DNA from: a virus
DNA: 64,000 nt
Virus record (IMG/VR): IMGVR_UViG_3300044632_001218
Reading direction: 5' to 3' (one strand)
Shown here: piece by piece, positions 5,421-16,909 of the stretch
Position numbering within the stretch: the stretch's first letter is position 1
Layout of the letters: every line of letters begins with the position of its first letter
Translations under genes and position numbers: made by a program
Notes under the pieces: model-generated
What the model saw: only the letters and a program-made list of their open reading frames with translations
The model's database searches: none
What the model was told of the DNA's origin: nothing

Positions 5421-6053
5421 ATGTCATATCTGAATCACAATCTTCCTACATTTACATGTTATATAAGAAATGAGTTTCTCTACAATCATAAGGAAGGGCA
5501 TGGTGAGGTAACATTATGTGATGTTCACTCAGTGGCATCTTTGGAGAAGCATGTGCCCCTCTTTGAAGCATTTTTAGAGAATGGCGTTAACTGGACTAGA
5601 AGACCAATTCATGCATTTTGCTGGAAACCTGATGCTCCAGTGCCAAAATTAGAGGAGTGTATGTGGTGGGATTGCTTTTCGCCTTATATTGATGTTCAAG
5701 TAAGGTCTAGACTTGCTGGATTGCGTGCAGAATTGATTAATTACAAGGGCGAAAAGAATGAAGGGGTCTATTTGTTCACCCTAGATTGGTCTTGGGAATC
5801 AAAATCAACCTTGAATACCAATTTCAGTGAGACTCCAGAGCATAAATGTGCACATTTTTTCAAAATGGACAATGGAAATTACTATGCATACCCAAATAAT
5901 AAGATTTTGTGGTATGATGATGCCTGGATTCGCAACAGAATTACAAAAAATCCTGGTTATGAAATAGATTTGACTGAATATTCAGTTGAAAATAAAAGAA
6001 AAATTGAAACTTCTGATGATTTTATGTACGAAATAGGGATGGCAACCCCTTAA
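5421..6053 (+). CDS. Conserved cyanophage hypothetical protein
   Basis: ORF track; usual position upstream of gp25. Confidence 0.75.
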   Translation: MSYLNHNLPTFTCYIRNEFLYNHKEGHGEVTLCDVHSVASLEKHVPLFEAFLENGVNWTRRPIHAFCWKPDAPVPKLEECMWWDCFSPYIDVQVRSRLAGLRAELINYKGEKNEGVYLFTLDWSWESKSTLNTNFSETPEHKCAHFFKMDNGNYYAYPNNKILWYDDAWIRNRITKNPGYEIDLTEYSVENKRKIETSDDFMYEIGMATP

Positions 6054-6084
6054 AAAGTTCTAATTCACTCGAATTAGGAGCACA

Positions 6085-6330
6085 ATGGCAAACTTACCTG
6101 TAGATAGAGACAAAAATTACATGTATCAAATGTGGGGGACTACAAATTTAGTCACTGATTATGATACAAAATTTGATAAAAGAACAATTCAAGAAATTAT
6201 GCATGATGATGTTCCAAGAAATAAGCATTTATTAAAGGAACAAGCAGAAATTCATGAAACAATTCGTAATGATGAAGACTATGATGATTGGGAATATGGA
6301 ACTGAACCAACCTATGGGAAACCTCAATAA
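6085..6330 (+). CDS. Conserved cyanophage hypothetical protein (81 aa)
   Basis: AGGAG SD at 6076-6080; position just before gp25. Confidence 0.75.
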   Translation: MANLPVDRDKNYMYQMWGTTNLVTDYDTKFDKRTIQEIMHDDVPRNKHLLKEQAEIHETIRNDEDYDDWEYGTEPTYGKPQ

Positions 6331-6358
6331 ATAAAAGTATCTTATTACGTAGTTGCAG

Positions 6359-6763
6359 GTGCCTTTAGAGAATATTTCAAGAGGATTTAAAGATATCAGC
6401 TTGTCTTTCTTAAGGCACCCTGTAACAAATGACATCGGAACATTAACAAATGAAGATGCAATTAAGCGTTCTGTTGTTAATTTAGTTAGAACAAGAATAG
6501 GTGAAAGGTTTTTTAACTCACTGTTAGGGTCTAATGTAGAAAATTACTTCTTTGAACTTGCAGATAGTGGACTTGTAGACCCAATTCAAGAAGAAATTAG
6601 AACACTTCTTTCTAACTTTGAACCAAGAGTTACAGTCAGACGTGTAGATGTTGGAATTTTTCCAGAAGATAATGAGTTAGATATTACAATTGTTTATGAT
6701 ATTGTTGGACTTCCTCTTCCAACGCAGGCAATTAACTTCATATTACAACCAACTAGGTACTAA
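6359..6763 (+). CDS. gp25: Baseplate wedge subunit gp25
   Basis: FKDISLSF..HP.T.D, AIKRSV.NL..T..GER.F and FEPRV motifs; likely GTG start at 6359; AATAAATA late promoter at about 6327. Confidence 0.92.
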   Translation: MPLENISRGFKDISLSFLRHPVTNDIGTLTNEDAIKRSVVNLVRTRIGERFFNSLLGSNVENYFFELADSGLVDPIQEEIRTLLSNFEPRVTVRRVDVGIFPEDNELDITIVYDIVGLPLPTQAINFILQPTRY

Positions 6764-8643
6764 TGGCTTTTACAGATTTCACTAATCTGGATTTCGATCA
6801 GATTAGAACCTCCATTAAAGATTACTTAAGGTCAAATTCAACCTTTACTGACTTTGATTTTGAAGGTTCTAACTTTTCTATTCTGATTGATGTACTTGCC
6901 TATAACACTTATCTGACTGCCTACAACACCAATATGGTGGCAAATGAGGCATTCCTTGACAGTGCAACCCTTAGAGAGAATGTAGTCTCTCTTGCAAGGA
7001 ACATAGGGTTTGTTCCATTGTCACGAAGAGCAGCAAAAGCAAACATTTCCTTTATAGTAAACAATATTAACACTTCGGTCAAAACAGTTACCCTCAAAGC
7101 AGGTATAGTTTGTACAGGGTCATTGGACAATACGAGTTATATTTTTTCAATTCCAGAAGATATTACTGTTGGGGTAGAAAATAGTGAAGCAATTTTCTCA
7201 GAAATTGACATTTATGAAGGAACATATCTCACAAAAACTTTCACAGTAAATACTTCACAACCAAATCAGAAGTATATTTTACCAAATCCTTACATTGACA
7301 CTTCAACAATTAGGATAAATGTCAAAAATACTGCTCAAGATACCACTACAGAGCAGTATAATTATATTGACAATATTGTTGGAATTAATTCAGAGTCACA
7401 AATCTTTTTAATTCAAGAAATTTCTGATGAAAAATATGAAATTTTCTTTGGTGATGGCATTTTTGGCAAAAAATTAAACAATAATAATCAAATTAATGCC
7501 TCTTACATCACTACAAATGGTTCTGCAGGCAATGGAGCATCTAATTTTAGTTTCTCTGGCACCATAAGAGACAATAATGATGCTATTTTAAATGCAACAA
7601 TAGGTCCTGTAATCACAAATACTGTCTCTCAGAATGGCGATAACATTCAATCCCTAGAATCAGTAAGGTATTATTCCCCAAGATTGTATGCATCACAGTA
7701 CAGAGCAGTCACTGCTGGGGATTATGAGGCACTGATACCATCAATCTACCCAAACATTGAATCAGTTACTGCATATGGTGGCGAAGAATTGACTCCACCA
7801 GAATATGGTAAAGTATTCATTGCAGCAAAACCAAAGAATTCAGATTACTTATCTGAATCTACTAAAGAATCTATTTTGAATTCTTTGAGACAATATTCTG
7901 TGGCAGGCATCAAACCAGAATTTGTCAATATTAATGTTCTTTATGTGGAATTGGATTCCACAGTTTATTATAATTCAAACTTTGTTGGTTCAGTTAGTGA
8001 TTTGAGAACACAAGTAACAAATTCACTGAATGCTTACTCTAACTCTACAGACTTGAATAAGTTTGGTGGAAGATTTAAATATAGCAAAGCATTACGTATA
8101 ATTGATGCTACTAATACTTCAATTACATCTAACATCACAAAAGTTAGAATTAGGAGAAATGTTGGAACTTTAATCAATGATCCAACAAACTATTTGGTGT
8201 GTTTTGAAAATAGATTTTATGTTGATAAGGAAGGATACAATATTCGTTCTACTGGATTTAATATTCAAAATAATCCAAATGTTCTTTACATTTCAGACAA
8301 ACCAAATGATGATATGCAGACTGGAAAATTATTCCTTTTTTACCTGACTGGAACTGTAGTAAATGAGGTTTCAGAAATTGGAACAGTCAATTATGTCACT
8401 GGAATTTTAAATATAGATAATATAAATGTATCTTCAACATTGAGACCAAATAACATTATAGAAATTGAAGCAACCCCATACTCAAATGATATCATTGCCA
8501 AAAAGTCCATTTATTTAAAGTTGGATGTTGGTAGAAGTGATATTACTATGTTAAAAGATACTATCTCTTCAGGAGAAAATGCCTCTGGTAGTATGTTCAC
8601 ACCTGAATCAAGTTACTTATCTGGAATTAAAATAAGAAATTAA
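6763..8643 (+). CDS. gp6: Baseplate wedge subunit gp6
   Basis: LDFDQIR..IKDYL, DFDFEGSN, FLDSATLRENVVSLAR and RAVTAGDYE motifs. Confidence 0.95.
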   Translation: MAFTDFTNLDFDQIRTSIKDYLRSNSTFTDFDFEGSNFSILIDVLAYNTYLTAYNTNMVANEAFLDSATLRENVVSLARNIGFVPLSRRAAKANISFIVNNINTSVKTVTLKAGIVCTGSLDNTSYIFSIPEDITVGVENSEAIFSEIDIYEGTYLTKTFTVNTSQPNQKYILPNPYIDTSTIRINVKNTAQDTTTEQYNYIDNIVGINSESQIFLIQEISDEKYEIFFGDGIFGKKLNNNNQINASYITTNGSAGNGASNFSFSGTIRDNNDAILNATIGPVITNTVSQNGDNIQSLESVRYYSPRLYASQYRAVTAGDYEALIPSIYPNIESVTAYGGEELTPPEYGKVFIAAKPKNSDYLSESTKESILNSLRQYSVAGIKPEFVNINVLYVELDSTVYYNSNFVGSVSDLRTQVTNSLNAYSNSTDLNKFGGRFKYSKALRIIDATNTSITSNITKVRIRRNVGTLINDPTNYLVCFENRFYVDKEGYNIRSTGFNIQNNPNVLYISDKPNDDMQTGKLFLFYLTGTVVNEVSEIGTVNYVTGILNIDNINVSSTLRPNNIIEIEATPYSNDIIAKKSIYLKLDVGRSDITMLKDTISSGENASGSMFTPESSYLSGIKIRN

Positions 8644-8644
8644 G

Positions 8645-11600
8645 ATGAATCAAGAAAATAAAGTAGTCAAGGTTAGTGACGTAGTTCAAAACCAAATACC
8701 AGAGTTTATTCTTACAGAGAACCCAAACTTTGTAGAATTTTTAAAACAATATTATATTTCACAGGAATTTCAAGGTTCCACAATAGACATTGCTGAAAAT
8801 TTAATTTCTTATAAAAACCTTGATAGTTTTGACAGTAAAAATTTAATAGCAGAAACCACTTTATCATCAGATGTAGAATTTTTTGATGATGTTATCAATG
8901 TGGAATCTACTCATGGTTGGCCACAGGAATATGGTCTTCTAAAAGTTGATAATGAAATTATTACCTACACTGGAATTACTTCAACATCATTTACTGGATG
9001 TATTAGAGGATTTAGTGGAATATCTTCGCTGACTCAAGAAAATAATCCAGAATTTTTAGTATTTTCTCAATCAGAAGCATCAGAACACACAGAAGATAGT
9101 ACAGTCCATAATTTAAGTAATCTTTTTCTAAAAGAATTTTTTGAAAAAATTAAGTATCAATTTACACCAGGATTTGAAAACAGGGATTTTGCTCCCCAAA
9201 TTAATCCACAAAATTTTATTAGCAAAGCAAAAACATTTTATCAGTCAAAGGGAACTGATGAAGCCTTTAAGATTCTTTTCAAAGTATTATATGCAGAAAA
9301 TGTAAAAATCATTAAACCAGATGATTATTGCTTTACTCCATCAGATGGCAAATGGAGAATTGTAGAAACTTTTGTTTGTGAATTAGTTGATGGAGATCCA
9401 TTTAAAATTAATGGACAAACATTATATCAAGACAAGTTTTCTCAATATAACATTGAAACTGCAAATGGTTCTATCTATAATGTAGAATCATTCAAATCTA
9501 GAGGAGAAACTTTTTACAAATTACAAATTTTTTCTGGATACTCTAATAATTTAAACCCCAGAGGAAGCATTGAGGGGACCTTCGTGACCACTCCAAAAAC
9601 ATTTGTAGTAGAAGATACTGCTGTGGATTCAACAATCCTCACAGTTGATTCTACAATAGGATTTTCAAATAGTGGGATCTTAGAAATAAATGGTCAAATA
9701 GTTACCTACACAGATAAAACTAATAATCAATTTTTAAACTGCTCTGGAATTAATACTTCAATTTCCAAAAAAACTAAAGTATTTTCAGATCATTTCATTT
9801 ATGCAATAGAAGAAAATAGTTCAGCAGTAGTTAAGTTTAAACTTTGTAATGTTTTGTCAAAGTTAGACCTTTCAAATACTGATGTTGTTTTAGCATATGA
9901 CGAAGACCCAATTGAAATAACTCAAGTTGGTTCTTCGGAATCATCTATATTTTTAAACTCTTTGGTTTATAATCATGCTATCAGCGTTTCTCCTGGAAAT
10001 GTAGTTAATGAATTAACCACACAAATTAGAAATAATCAAAAGGAAGGATTTTCTATTTCTGGTGGAGTTGCACTTTGCAAATTTCCACATTATTTAAAGG
10101 CTGGTGATGTTGTTGATTTATATTTTGAAAACACTAATGCTACAATTGCAACAAATCTTGCAGTAAACTTTATTAACTCTAAAGAATTTTCCGTATCAAC
10201 AACAGTAATTTCTCAACAATATGGAAATTTAAATTCACTTTTAGGGAAAAGAATTTTATTTAGAAGACGTATTGAAAAATCTCCAAACTTAAATTTAACT
10301 GCAAATATTCAAGATTCTTTTGTAGACAATGATTCATATTATTTGACCACAAATGGTTTACCAGAATATCAAGTAAGTCCTTTAACTCTTGATAAATCTT
10401 TTTCTGTGGTAAATATTGATACCTTAAGTGATGATACAAATCATTATTTTAATACTGGTGATGAAGTTACTGTTGTAAGTTTTACTGCATCTCAAGGTTT
10501 TAAAAATGAAATAGGAATTTCTACTGGCATTTCATATTATGTAACTAAAGTTAACGATGCTCAAATTAGATTATCGCAATCAAGAGAAAATATAGAAATA
10601 TTATCTCATGTTCTTTTCTTTGAATACAATCAATTCAATATTGAGTCTGGAAGAGTTAATAATATAACACTAGTACCAACTGCTCAATATGGAAATTCAT
10701 TTACATCAACTAAATTATTTAAAAAAATACCAAAAACCCCACAATTATCATTAACTAAAGAAAATACTTCTCCAGGAAATTTGGGTGTTTTTGTTAATGG
10801 AGTAGAATTACGAAATTATAAATCTTTTAATAAAATTTATTATGGTCCTGTAGAATCAGTCTCAGTTCTTAATTCTGGTTCTAATTATAATTTATCAAAT
10901 CCACCAAGATTTGAGGTGTTTTTCAATAATGCAAAATATCCAAATAGTAAAATAATTCCACAATTAAAAGGGAAATTAGCAAAACTTTCTGTAACTGATC
11001 CTGGATTTGATTATGTTGAAGTTCCAACAGTGGAAATTTTGGGAGGAAATAATCCTACCATTGTAACTGAAGTAAAAATAAAAAATACAAATAATGAAAT
11101 TGAATTCAATTCAACATCAAAGGACAATGTAGTTGATACAGTAAACAATATATTTGTATTTTCAGATAAACACAGGTTTATTACTGGAGAACCTATTCTC
11201 TATAAAACATTCAATACTACGTCTATTGGTATTGGAACTCAAGTCTCTGATGGATTTTTAACAAATAATTCAATTTACTATGTTGTAAATGTTGGTGCAG
11301 GAACTTCCATGGCTCTTGCATTCAATCAAAAAGATGCTTATGAAGGAACAAATTTAATTAATCTGAGAACTTTTGGAGGAGGACTTCAAAGTTTTATTTC
11401 TACTTTACCCAAAAAAATTATTGATGAAGTAAATATCATTCAAAATGAAAGTGAATTTGAATATAAAAAAGTATCTTTTATTGCAGAAGACATAAATCTT
11501 CAAGATGATATTATTACAGTAGAAAATCATGGGTTTTCTACTGGAGAAGAAGTTGTTTATAGTTGGGAACCAGCTCCAGGATTCAATGGAAACACTATTG

Positions 11601-14600
11601 GTGGATTAGACACAAATCTTTATTATTACATAGTAAAAATTGACGATAATAGATTTAAACTAACATATACCAAAAATGGAACTGATTATGTAGATCTACT
11701 TTCAAAGGAAAATTTTAGCACATACTTTATTGAATATTCTCCAATTAGAGTTAGCATTTTAGGTGCAGTTTCTACTACAGGAGTTTCCACTTTTATTGGA
11801 TATGATGCTACAATTGTTCCAATTGTTGAGGGTTCTGTTGTTGGAGCATCTTTACAAAGAAATCCTCAGTTGATAGTAGATACTTTTGGAAGAACTGATA
11901 TCATTGATTATGAAAAATCCCCAGAAATAAGAATAGTAGAGGGTAGTGGAGCTTCTTTACAACCAATTATAGTAGATGGAAAAATTAAAGAAGTTGTAGT
12001 CAAAACTTCTGGTTCTGGTTATTTCAATTCTTTCGATCTTGTTGTTAATGGTAATGGATTTGGTGCTAAACTTGTACCAACTATTATCCAAGGAACAATA
12101 ATTGATGTTAAAGTTGTTAATGGTGGAGTTGGGTATGCATCAACAAACACTACCATTAACATAATTCCTCTTGGAAGTGATGTCAAATTAAAAGCAAATA
12201 TCAAGTCTTGGAATATAGATGATATTTCAAGATATGGAATTAATAATATTCAAGATGGATTATTGTTTGGAAAAAATTATTCTTTAATTGGCAATACTTA
12301 TGGTACATTTTTCTTAAATCAAAATTTAAGACAGTTTTTCAACATTCCAAGTTCACCTTCAACACACTCTCCAATCATTGGTTGGGCATATGATGGGTGT
12401 CCAATTTATGGACCATATGCTTATACAAATATAGATGGCAGTGGTGGAATAATTAGAATGAGAAGTGGATATTCTTATTCTAATCCTATTGGTAGTTTTT
12501 GTAGATTAGTTGAAGAATATGTGTTTACTAATTCTGGTACTTTAGATGAGTACAATGGAAGATTTTGCGTTACTCCAGAGTATCCAAATGGAGTTTATGC
12601 ATATTTTTGCACTTTAGATGAAAATAATACTCCAGAATTTCCATATGTAGTGGGTCCAAAATACAACTATTCTCCTATTGAAGAAAATTTTGATTTGAAT
12701 AAAAATCAAACACTCAATTTCAACAATTTAAACATTATCAAATGGACAAGTCCATATAGAATTTCTGATCAAGACTACAAGTATGAGTATTTTGAATTAT
12801 TCAAAAATAGTAACGGTAAAGATGTTATTATTGAAAAATCATCTGTTGGAGTCATTGATTCTATTAATGTTATAGATTCTGGTATTGACTATCAAGTAGG
12901 AGATTCTGTAATATTTGATAATAGTAATGCTTCTGGATTTGGCGCAATAGCAAAAGTATCTGAAGTTTCTGGAGTTTCTGTAACATCAATATCTTCAGAA
13001 ACTAAATCTTTCTCCAATGTAACATTTATTTCTGATGGCACATCTGTAACTGGAATAGCATCAACATACCATTCACTAAAAACTAATTCCTTTATAAACA
13101 TATCAGGAATTTCAACAAGTTCTTATGAATCTTTAGAGGGATTTGAAAAGATTATTGTGCCATCTATTGTTACAACTTTAGCATCAAATCTTGGACCATC
13201 ATCAATTACTGGAATAGTCACATCAATTCAAGTTAATGAATCCATTAGAACTTTTGATGTTGATTCATACTTGACTATTAGTAATGAAATAGTCAAAGTT
13301 GTAGGAGCAGATTATCAAAATAACTTATTGAACATTTTGAGACCCCCAAGTGCTCCAGCACATGCAGCATTAGAAACTATTACATTACTCCAAAATAAGT
13401 TCCAATATGTATCATCAGAGTTTACTCCAGTAATTTCAGAAGTAGATCAAAATTATTATTTTGATTCATCAAACGCAGTTTCTACTGGGACAAATACTTC
13501 ACCTGGAATTGGAAATACTTTAACCATCTACCCTCTTGGAGTTGGAATTCCTTATGTAAAATATGTTCAAACTGGTGGAATATATCTTCCCAATAATAAG
13601 TTCAGCACTGGAGATAAGTTAAATTATACAGAAGATACAGCAACTATTGTAACCAATTATGGTGACTTAAATGCATTTTCTGAATTGTATGTTTTAAAAT
13701 TAGAAAATGATGTTGTTGGACTTGTAACTAGCAAAACAGATATTTCAAATCCAAGTAGAATTCTAACATATACCTCAGTTGGTTCAGGAAATCTTCACAA
13801 ATTTAAAACAGAAAAAAATATTGTTACTGGGACAATTACTCAAAATGATTGTGTAGTTTCAACAGCATCTACTCATGGGTTATCTGTTGGGAGTTTAATT
13901 AAATTTAATGTTAAATCTGGAATAACTACAACTTTTGATGTAACTTACTCAAATAATAGAGTCTTGATTGACTCTGACACTAATCCAAAAATTGATGTCT
14001 ATACCAATGACACAGTAGTATTTGATTTATCAGATGTTTCATTGTCTGGTAAAACATTTAATTTATATACTGATGAGGACTTTTTAAACCTATATGTAGG
14101 AAATATTGATAATGGAATTGAAGTTGAAAGAACTACCACCCAGTTAACATTAAATGTTAGTGACTATACTCCAAAAACTTTATTTTACAATTTGTCAGAT
14201 TCAATTACTGACATTACAGTAGAAAACTTTAATCAATTATCCATCAATGCTAGCGAATATAACATAGAGTCAATTATCACAGAATCTACTAGTAATCAGT
14301 TTAAGTTTAATCTAAGTTCTACCCCAGAAAGGTCTTCTTATACTAATCCCTCAACTTTATCATATTCAGTATTATCTGAGGGAATTTTAGGTCCAATATC
14401 AAATATTGAAATAATTTCTAAAGGATCCCAATACAAAAAGTTACCAATTATTTCATCTGTTGATAGTGAATTTGGAAGTGGGTGTAATTTATTTGCTAAG
14501 AGCAATTCTATAGGTAAGATTGAAAGGTCTAGAGTAAACAACTCACAATTAATTTGTCCTTTTGATAAAACATTAACGCCACAATCAAATATTTTCTCAA

Positions 14601-16894
14601 TCTTAAAATTAACTGATAATTATACTGTAGATTCTTTAATTGTAAATTCTACAGGACAAAATTATTTGTTCTCGCCAAAAATAAAACTGTACAGTGAAAG
14701 TGATAATTCTATCATATCACAATTTTCTGCTTCTGCAACTTTAAAAAATAATTCTATAGATGACATTAAAATTTTAAATCCTGGATTTGGATTAAAATCT
14801 AATGATAATAAAATTATTGTTATTGATAATAGCAATGGGTTCAATATTATTAATGCATCAGTAACTGGATCTGGACCTTACACAATTACCCTGACCTTAA
14901 AAACTCCCACATCAGGATTTACCACTTCAAATCCATTACCTATTTCAATTGGTGATGAAATATTTGTAGAAAAAATTGTTTCCACTGGAGGTGATGGATT
15001 CAACTCAAGTGATTATAACTATAATCCATTCACTGTGACCTTCGTAGACCCTGCATTTGGGTCTCAGGATGCTGCGATAGTTAGATATCAAACAACACAA
15101 AATCCAGGTTCTTACAGCAGCACCTTGACCTATGATGCAAATGTAATTCCATATTCTTATTTACCTCAAATAGAACCTGTTTTGAAACAAAATGTTTTTT
15201 ATAATGAAGAGTTTGTAAATGATTTGAGAATTATAAAAAATCAAAAAAATAATCCAATAACCAATTTATTAAAAGTCAAACAATCTGAAAATATTCAAAT
15301 AAATGATATTGTTACTGGAAAATCATCAAATTCTAAAGGTAAAGTTGTAGAAATTAATAATTTCAAATCTTCATTTATTTCTGACTACAGTGTTTCTGAA
15401 ATATTAGGAGGACAAGAAAATAGGGGATATCTTTCATCAAATATACAAAAACTTTCTGATAATGATTATTATCAGAAGTTTTCATATTCTTTGAAGAGTA
15501 ATAAATCTTTCTCTGATTGGGAGTCTCCAGTATCTGACATAACTCATACATCTGGATATAAAAAGTTCAGTGACTTATCTGTAGAATCTGTTGGTATTGG
15601 AACTACTCAATCAATTAAAACAGATTCAACATCAACTTTAAATGTTATTTTAGATTCTTATGTTGATGTAAATTCAATTAGCGATTATGACTTGGTAAAT
15701 GAAATTGATATTGAGGACACTGACTATGAATATTCTCAATATTTGAAGTTTAGTAGATTAAAATTAGGACAAAGTTTAAAATCAGTAGACAATAGAGTTT
15801 TATCAATAGATGACATATCAAACTTGTTTAATGTTGAGCCCACTGTTCCTGAAGTTGCAATAGATTCTACATTTAGCACTGACTCAATAGCATTGAAGTA
15901 TACATTTTATCTGACTGCTTCTGAAGGATTTTTAGGTGACTTCGTTTACCCTGAAGTTTTTGAATTGTTGGTAGTCAGAAATGCAAATGACGTAGATTTA
16001 ACATCATATGCTTCTTATTTTGATGCAGAAAATTTGGGAGCAAATGCTGTTTTGGGAAGATTCACTGCTGAAATAAATCCATCAAATGATAATGAATTAG
16101 TTTTATCATTTAGACCAACAAATCCATTTATATCAATAGATATAAAATCAATTAAAGAAACTACTCCCAGCACGGTTGGAGTTGCAACAACTGCTTTTGG
16201 ATATGTAAAAAATGTAGAATTGACTCAACAATATAATACATCTGGAGTTTCTACATTTTATTCTATTCCATTGTCAGATTGCAAGTCTGGAACTTTGATT
16301 GTGGGAATATCTTCTACAAAAAATAGTATCAACAAATCTTTAGAACTTTCATTTACCAATACTTCAAATGATTTGTTTATTAGTAAATATGCAGAAAATG
16401 ATTTGGTTAATTATGGCAACATAAACATAATTGCAAATGGTTCAAATCTTGAATTTAATTTTGACAATACAACTGGAATTGGAGTTACTTTATATGCAAA
16501 CCTAAAACTTCTGACAAATACTTATGCTGGATATGATAGTATTAACAAAACTTTTTCAAAAATTTCAAGTTCAGAAATAACAACAAATTCATTATCTACT
16601 GGAATTTCAACTGTATCTGGAATATATGGGTTTACCAAATATATTATGGAGATATCTCAAGATACTGGAATTACAACTTACAGGTCAATAGTACAATTAA
16701 ATTCAGTTCATTCTGGTGACTACTTAAATAATATTGTATATGATATTAATGGTGATATTGAGTTGACTGACATAGTTTTTGAAACCAATTATAGTTTAGC
16801 ACAAAATGAATACACTTTGTCTTTCAACCCTGTAACCTCTGCAAATTATACCATTAAAATTTATGAAGCAAACATTCTATCTCCAAATCAATAA
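8645..16894 (+). CDS. Large baseplate wedge initiator/structural protein (gp7-like, 2749 aa) containing a YHYH-type domain
   Basis: N-terminal FLKQYY..QE and Y.SKGT...FKILFKVLY gp7 motifs; HSPIIGWAYDGCPIYGPY...LDEYNGRFCVTPEYPNGVYAYF; synteny. Confidence 0.8.
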   Translation: MNQENKVVKVSDVVQNQIPEFILTENPNFVEFLKQYYISQEFQGSTIDIAENLISYKNLDSFDSKNLIAETTLSSDVEFFDDVINVESTHGWPQEYGLLKVDNEIITYTGITSTSFTGCIRGFSGISSLTQENNPEFLVFSQSEASEHTEDSTVHNLSNLFLKEFFEKIKYQFTPGFENRDFAPQINPQNFISKAKTFYQSKGTDEAFKILFKVLYAENVKIIKPDDYCFTPSDGKWRIVETFVCELVDGDPFKINGQTLYQDKFSQYNIETANGSIYNVESFKSRGETFYKLQIFSGYSNNLNPRGSIEGTFVTTPKTFVVEDTAVDSTILTVDSTIGFSNSGILEINGQIVTYTDKTNNQFLNCSGINTSISKKTKVFSDHFIYAIEENSSAVVKFKLCNVLSKLDLSNTDVVLAYDEDPIEITQVGSSESSIFLNSLVYNHAISVSPGNVVNELTTQIRNNQKEGFSISGGVALCKFPHYLKAGDVVDLYFENTNATIATNLAVNFINSKEFSVSTTVISQQYGNLNSLLGKRILFRRRIEKSPNLNLTANIQDSFVDNDSYYLTTNGLPEYQVSPLTLDKSFSVVNIDTLSDDTNHYFNTGDEVTVVSFTASQGFKNEIGISTGISYYVTKVNDAQIRLSQSRENIEILSHVLFFEYNQFNIESGRVNNITLVPTAQYGNSFTSTKLFKKIPKTPQLSLTKENTSPGNLGVFVNGVELRNYKSFNKIYYGPVESVSVLNSGSNYNLSNPPRFEVFFNNAKYPNSKIIPQLKGKLAKLSVTDPGFDYVEVPTVEILGGNNPTIVTEVKIKNTNNEIEFNSTSKDNVVDTVNNIFVFSDKHRFITGEPILYKTFNTTSIGIGTQVSDGFLTNNSIYYVVNVGAGTSMALAFNQKDAYEGTNLINLRTFGGGLQSFISTLPKKIIDEVNIIQNESEFEYKKVSFIAEDINLQDDIITVENHGFSTGEEVVYSWEPAPGFNGNTIGGLDTNLYYYIVKIDDNRFKLTYTKNGTDYVDLLSKENFSTYFIEYSPIRVSILGAVSTTGVSTFIGYDATIVPIVEGSVVGASLQRNPQLIVDTFGRTDIIDYEKSPEIRIVEGSGASLQPIIVDGKIKEVVVKTSGSGYFNSFDLVVNGNGFGAKLVPTIIQGTIIDVKVVNGGVGYASTNTTINIIPLGSDVKLKANIKSWNIDDISRYGINNIQDGLLFGKNYSLIGNTYGTFFLNQNLRQFFNIPSSPSTHSPIIGWAYDGCPIYGPYAYTNIDGSGGIIRMRSGYSYSNPIGSFCRLVEEYVFTNSGTLDEYNGRFCVTPEYPNGVYAYFCTLDENNTPEFPYVVGPKYNYSPIEENFDLNKNQTLNFNNLNIIKWTSPYRISDQDYKYEYFELFKNSNGKDVIIEKSSVGVIDSINVIDSGIDYQVGDSVIFDNSNASGFGAIAKVSEVSGVSVTSISSETKSFSNVTFISDGTSVTGIASTYHSLKTNSFINISGISTSSYESLEGFEKIIVPSIVTTLASNLGPSSITGIVTSIQVNESIRTFDVDSYLTISNEIVKVVGADYQNNLLNILRPPSAPAHAALETITLLQNKFQYVSSEFTPVISEVDQNYYFDSSNAVSTGTNTSPGIGNTLTIYPLGVGIPYVKYVQTGGIYLPNNKFSTGDKLNYTEDTATIVTNYGDLNAFSELYVLKLENDVVGLVTSKTDISNPSRILTYTSVGSGNLHKFKTEKNIVTGTITQNDCVVSTASTHGLSVGSLIKFNVKSGITTTFDVTYSNNRVLIDSDTNPKIDVYTNDTVVFDLSDVSLSGKTFNLYTDEDFLNLYVGNIDNGIEVERTTTQLTLNVSDYTPKTLFYNLSDSITDITVENFNQLSINASEYNIESIITESTSNQFKFNLSSTPERSSYTNPSTLSYSVLSEGILGPISNIEIISKGSQYKKLPIISSVDSEFGSGCNLFAKSNSIGKIERSRVNNSQLICPFDKTLTPQSNIFSILKLTDNYTVDSLIVNSTGQNYLFSPKIKLYSESDNSIISQFSASATLKNNSIDDIKILNPGFGLKSNDNKIIVIDNSNGFNIINASVTGSGPYTITLTLKTPTSGFTTSNPLPISIGDEIFVEKIVSTGGDGFNSSDYNYNPFTVTFVDPAFGSQDAAIVRYQTTQNPGSYSSTLTYDANVIPYSYLPQIEPVLKQNVFYNEEFVNDLRIIKNQKNNPITNLLKVKQSENIQINDIVTGKSSNSKGKVVEINNFKSSFISDYSVSEILGGQENRGYLSSNIQKLSDNDYYQKFSYSLKSNKSFSDWESPVSDITHTSGYKKFSDLSVESVGIGTTQSIKTDSTSTLNVILDSYVDVNSISDYDLVNEIDIEDTDYEYSQYLKFSRLKLGQSLKSVDNRVLSIDDISNLFNVEPTVPEVAIDSTFSTDSIALKYTFYLTASEGFLGDFVYPEVFELLVVRNANDVDLTSYASYFDAENLGANAVLGRFTAEINPSNDNELVLSFRPTNPFISIDIKSIKETTPSTVGVATTAFGYVKNVELTQQYNTSGVSTFYSIPLSDCKSGTLIVGISSTKNSINKSLELSFTNTSNDLFISKYAENDLVNYGNINIIANGSNLEFNFDNTTGIGVTLYANLKLLTNTYAGYDSINKTFSKISSSEITTNSLSTGISTVSGIYGFTKYIMEISQDTGITTYRSIVQLNSVHSGDYLNNIVYDINGDIELTDIVFETNYSLAQNEYTLSFNPVTSANYTIKIYEANILSPNQ

Positions 16895-16900
16895 TAAATA
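16893..16900 (+). promoter_or_regulatory. T4-type late promoter (AATAAATA)
   Basis: Consensus match just upstream of ATG 16910. Confidence 0.7.
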
Positions 16901-16909
16901 TTCATAAAA

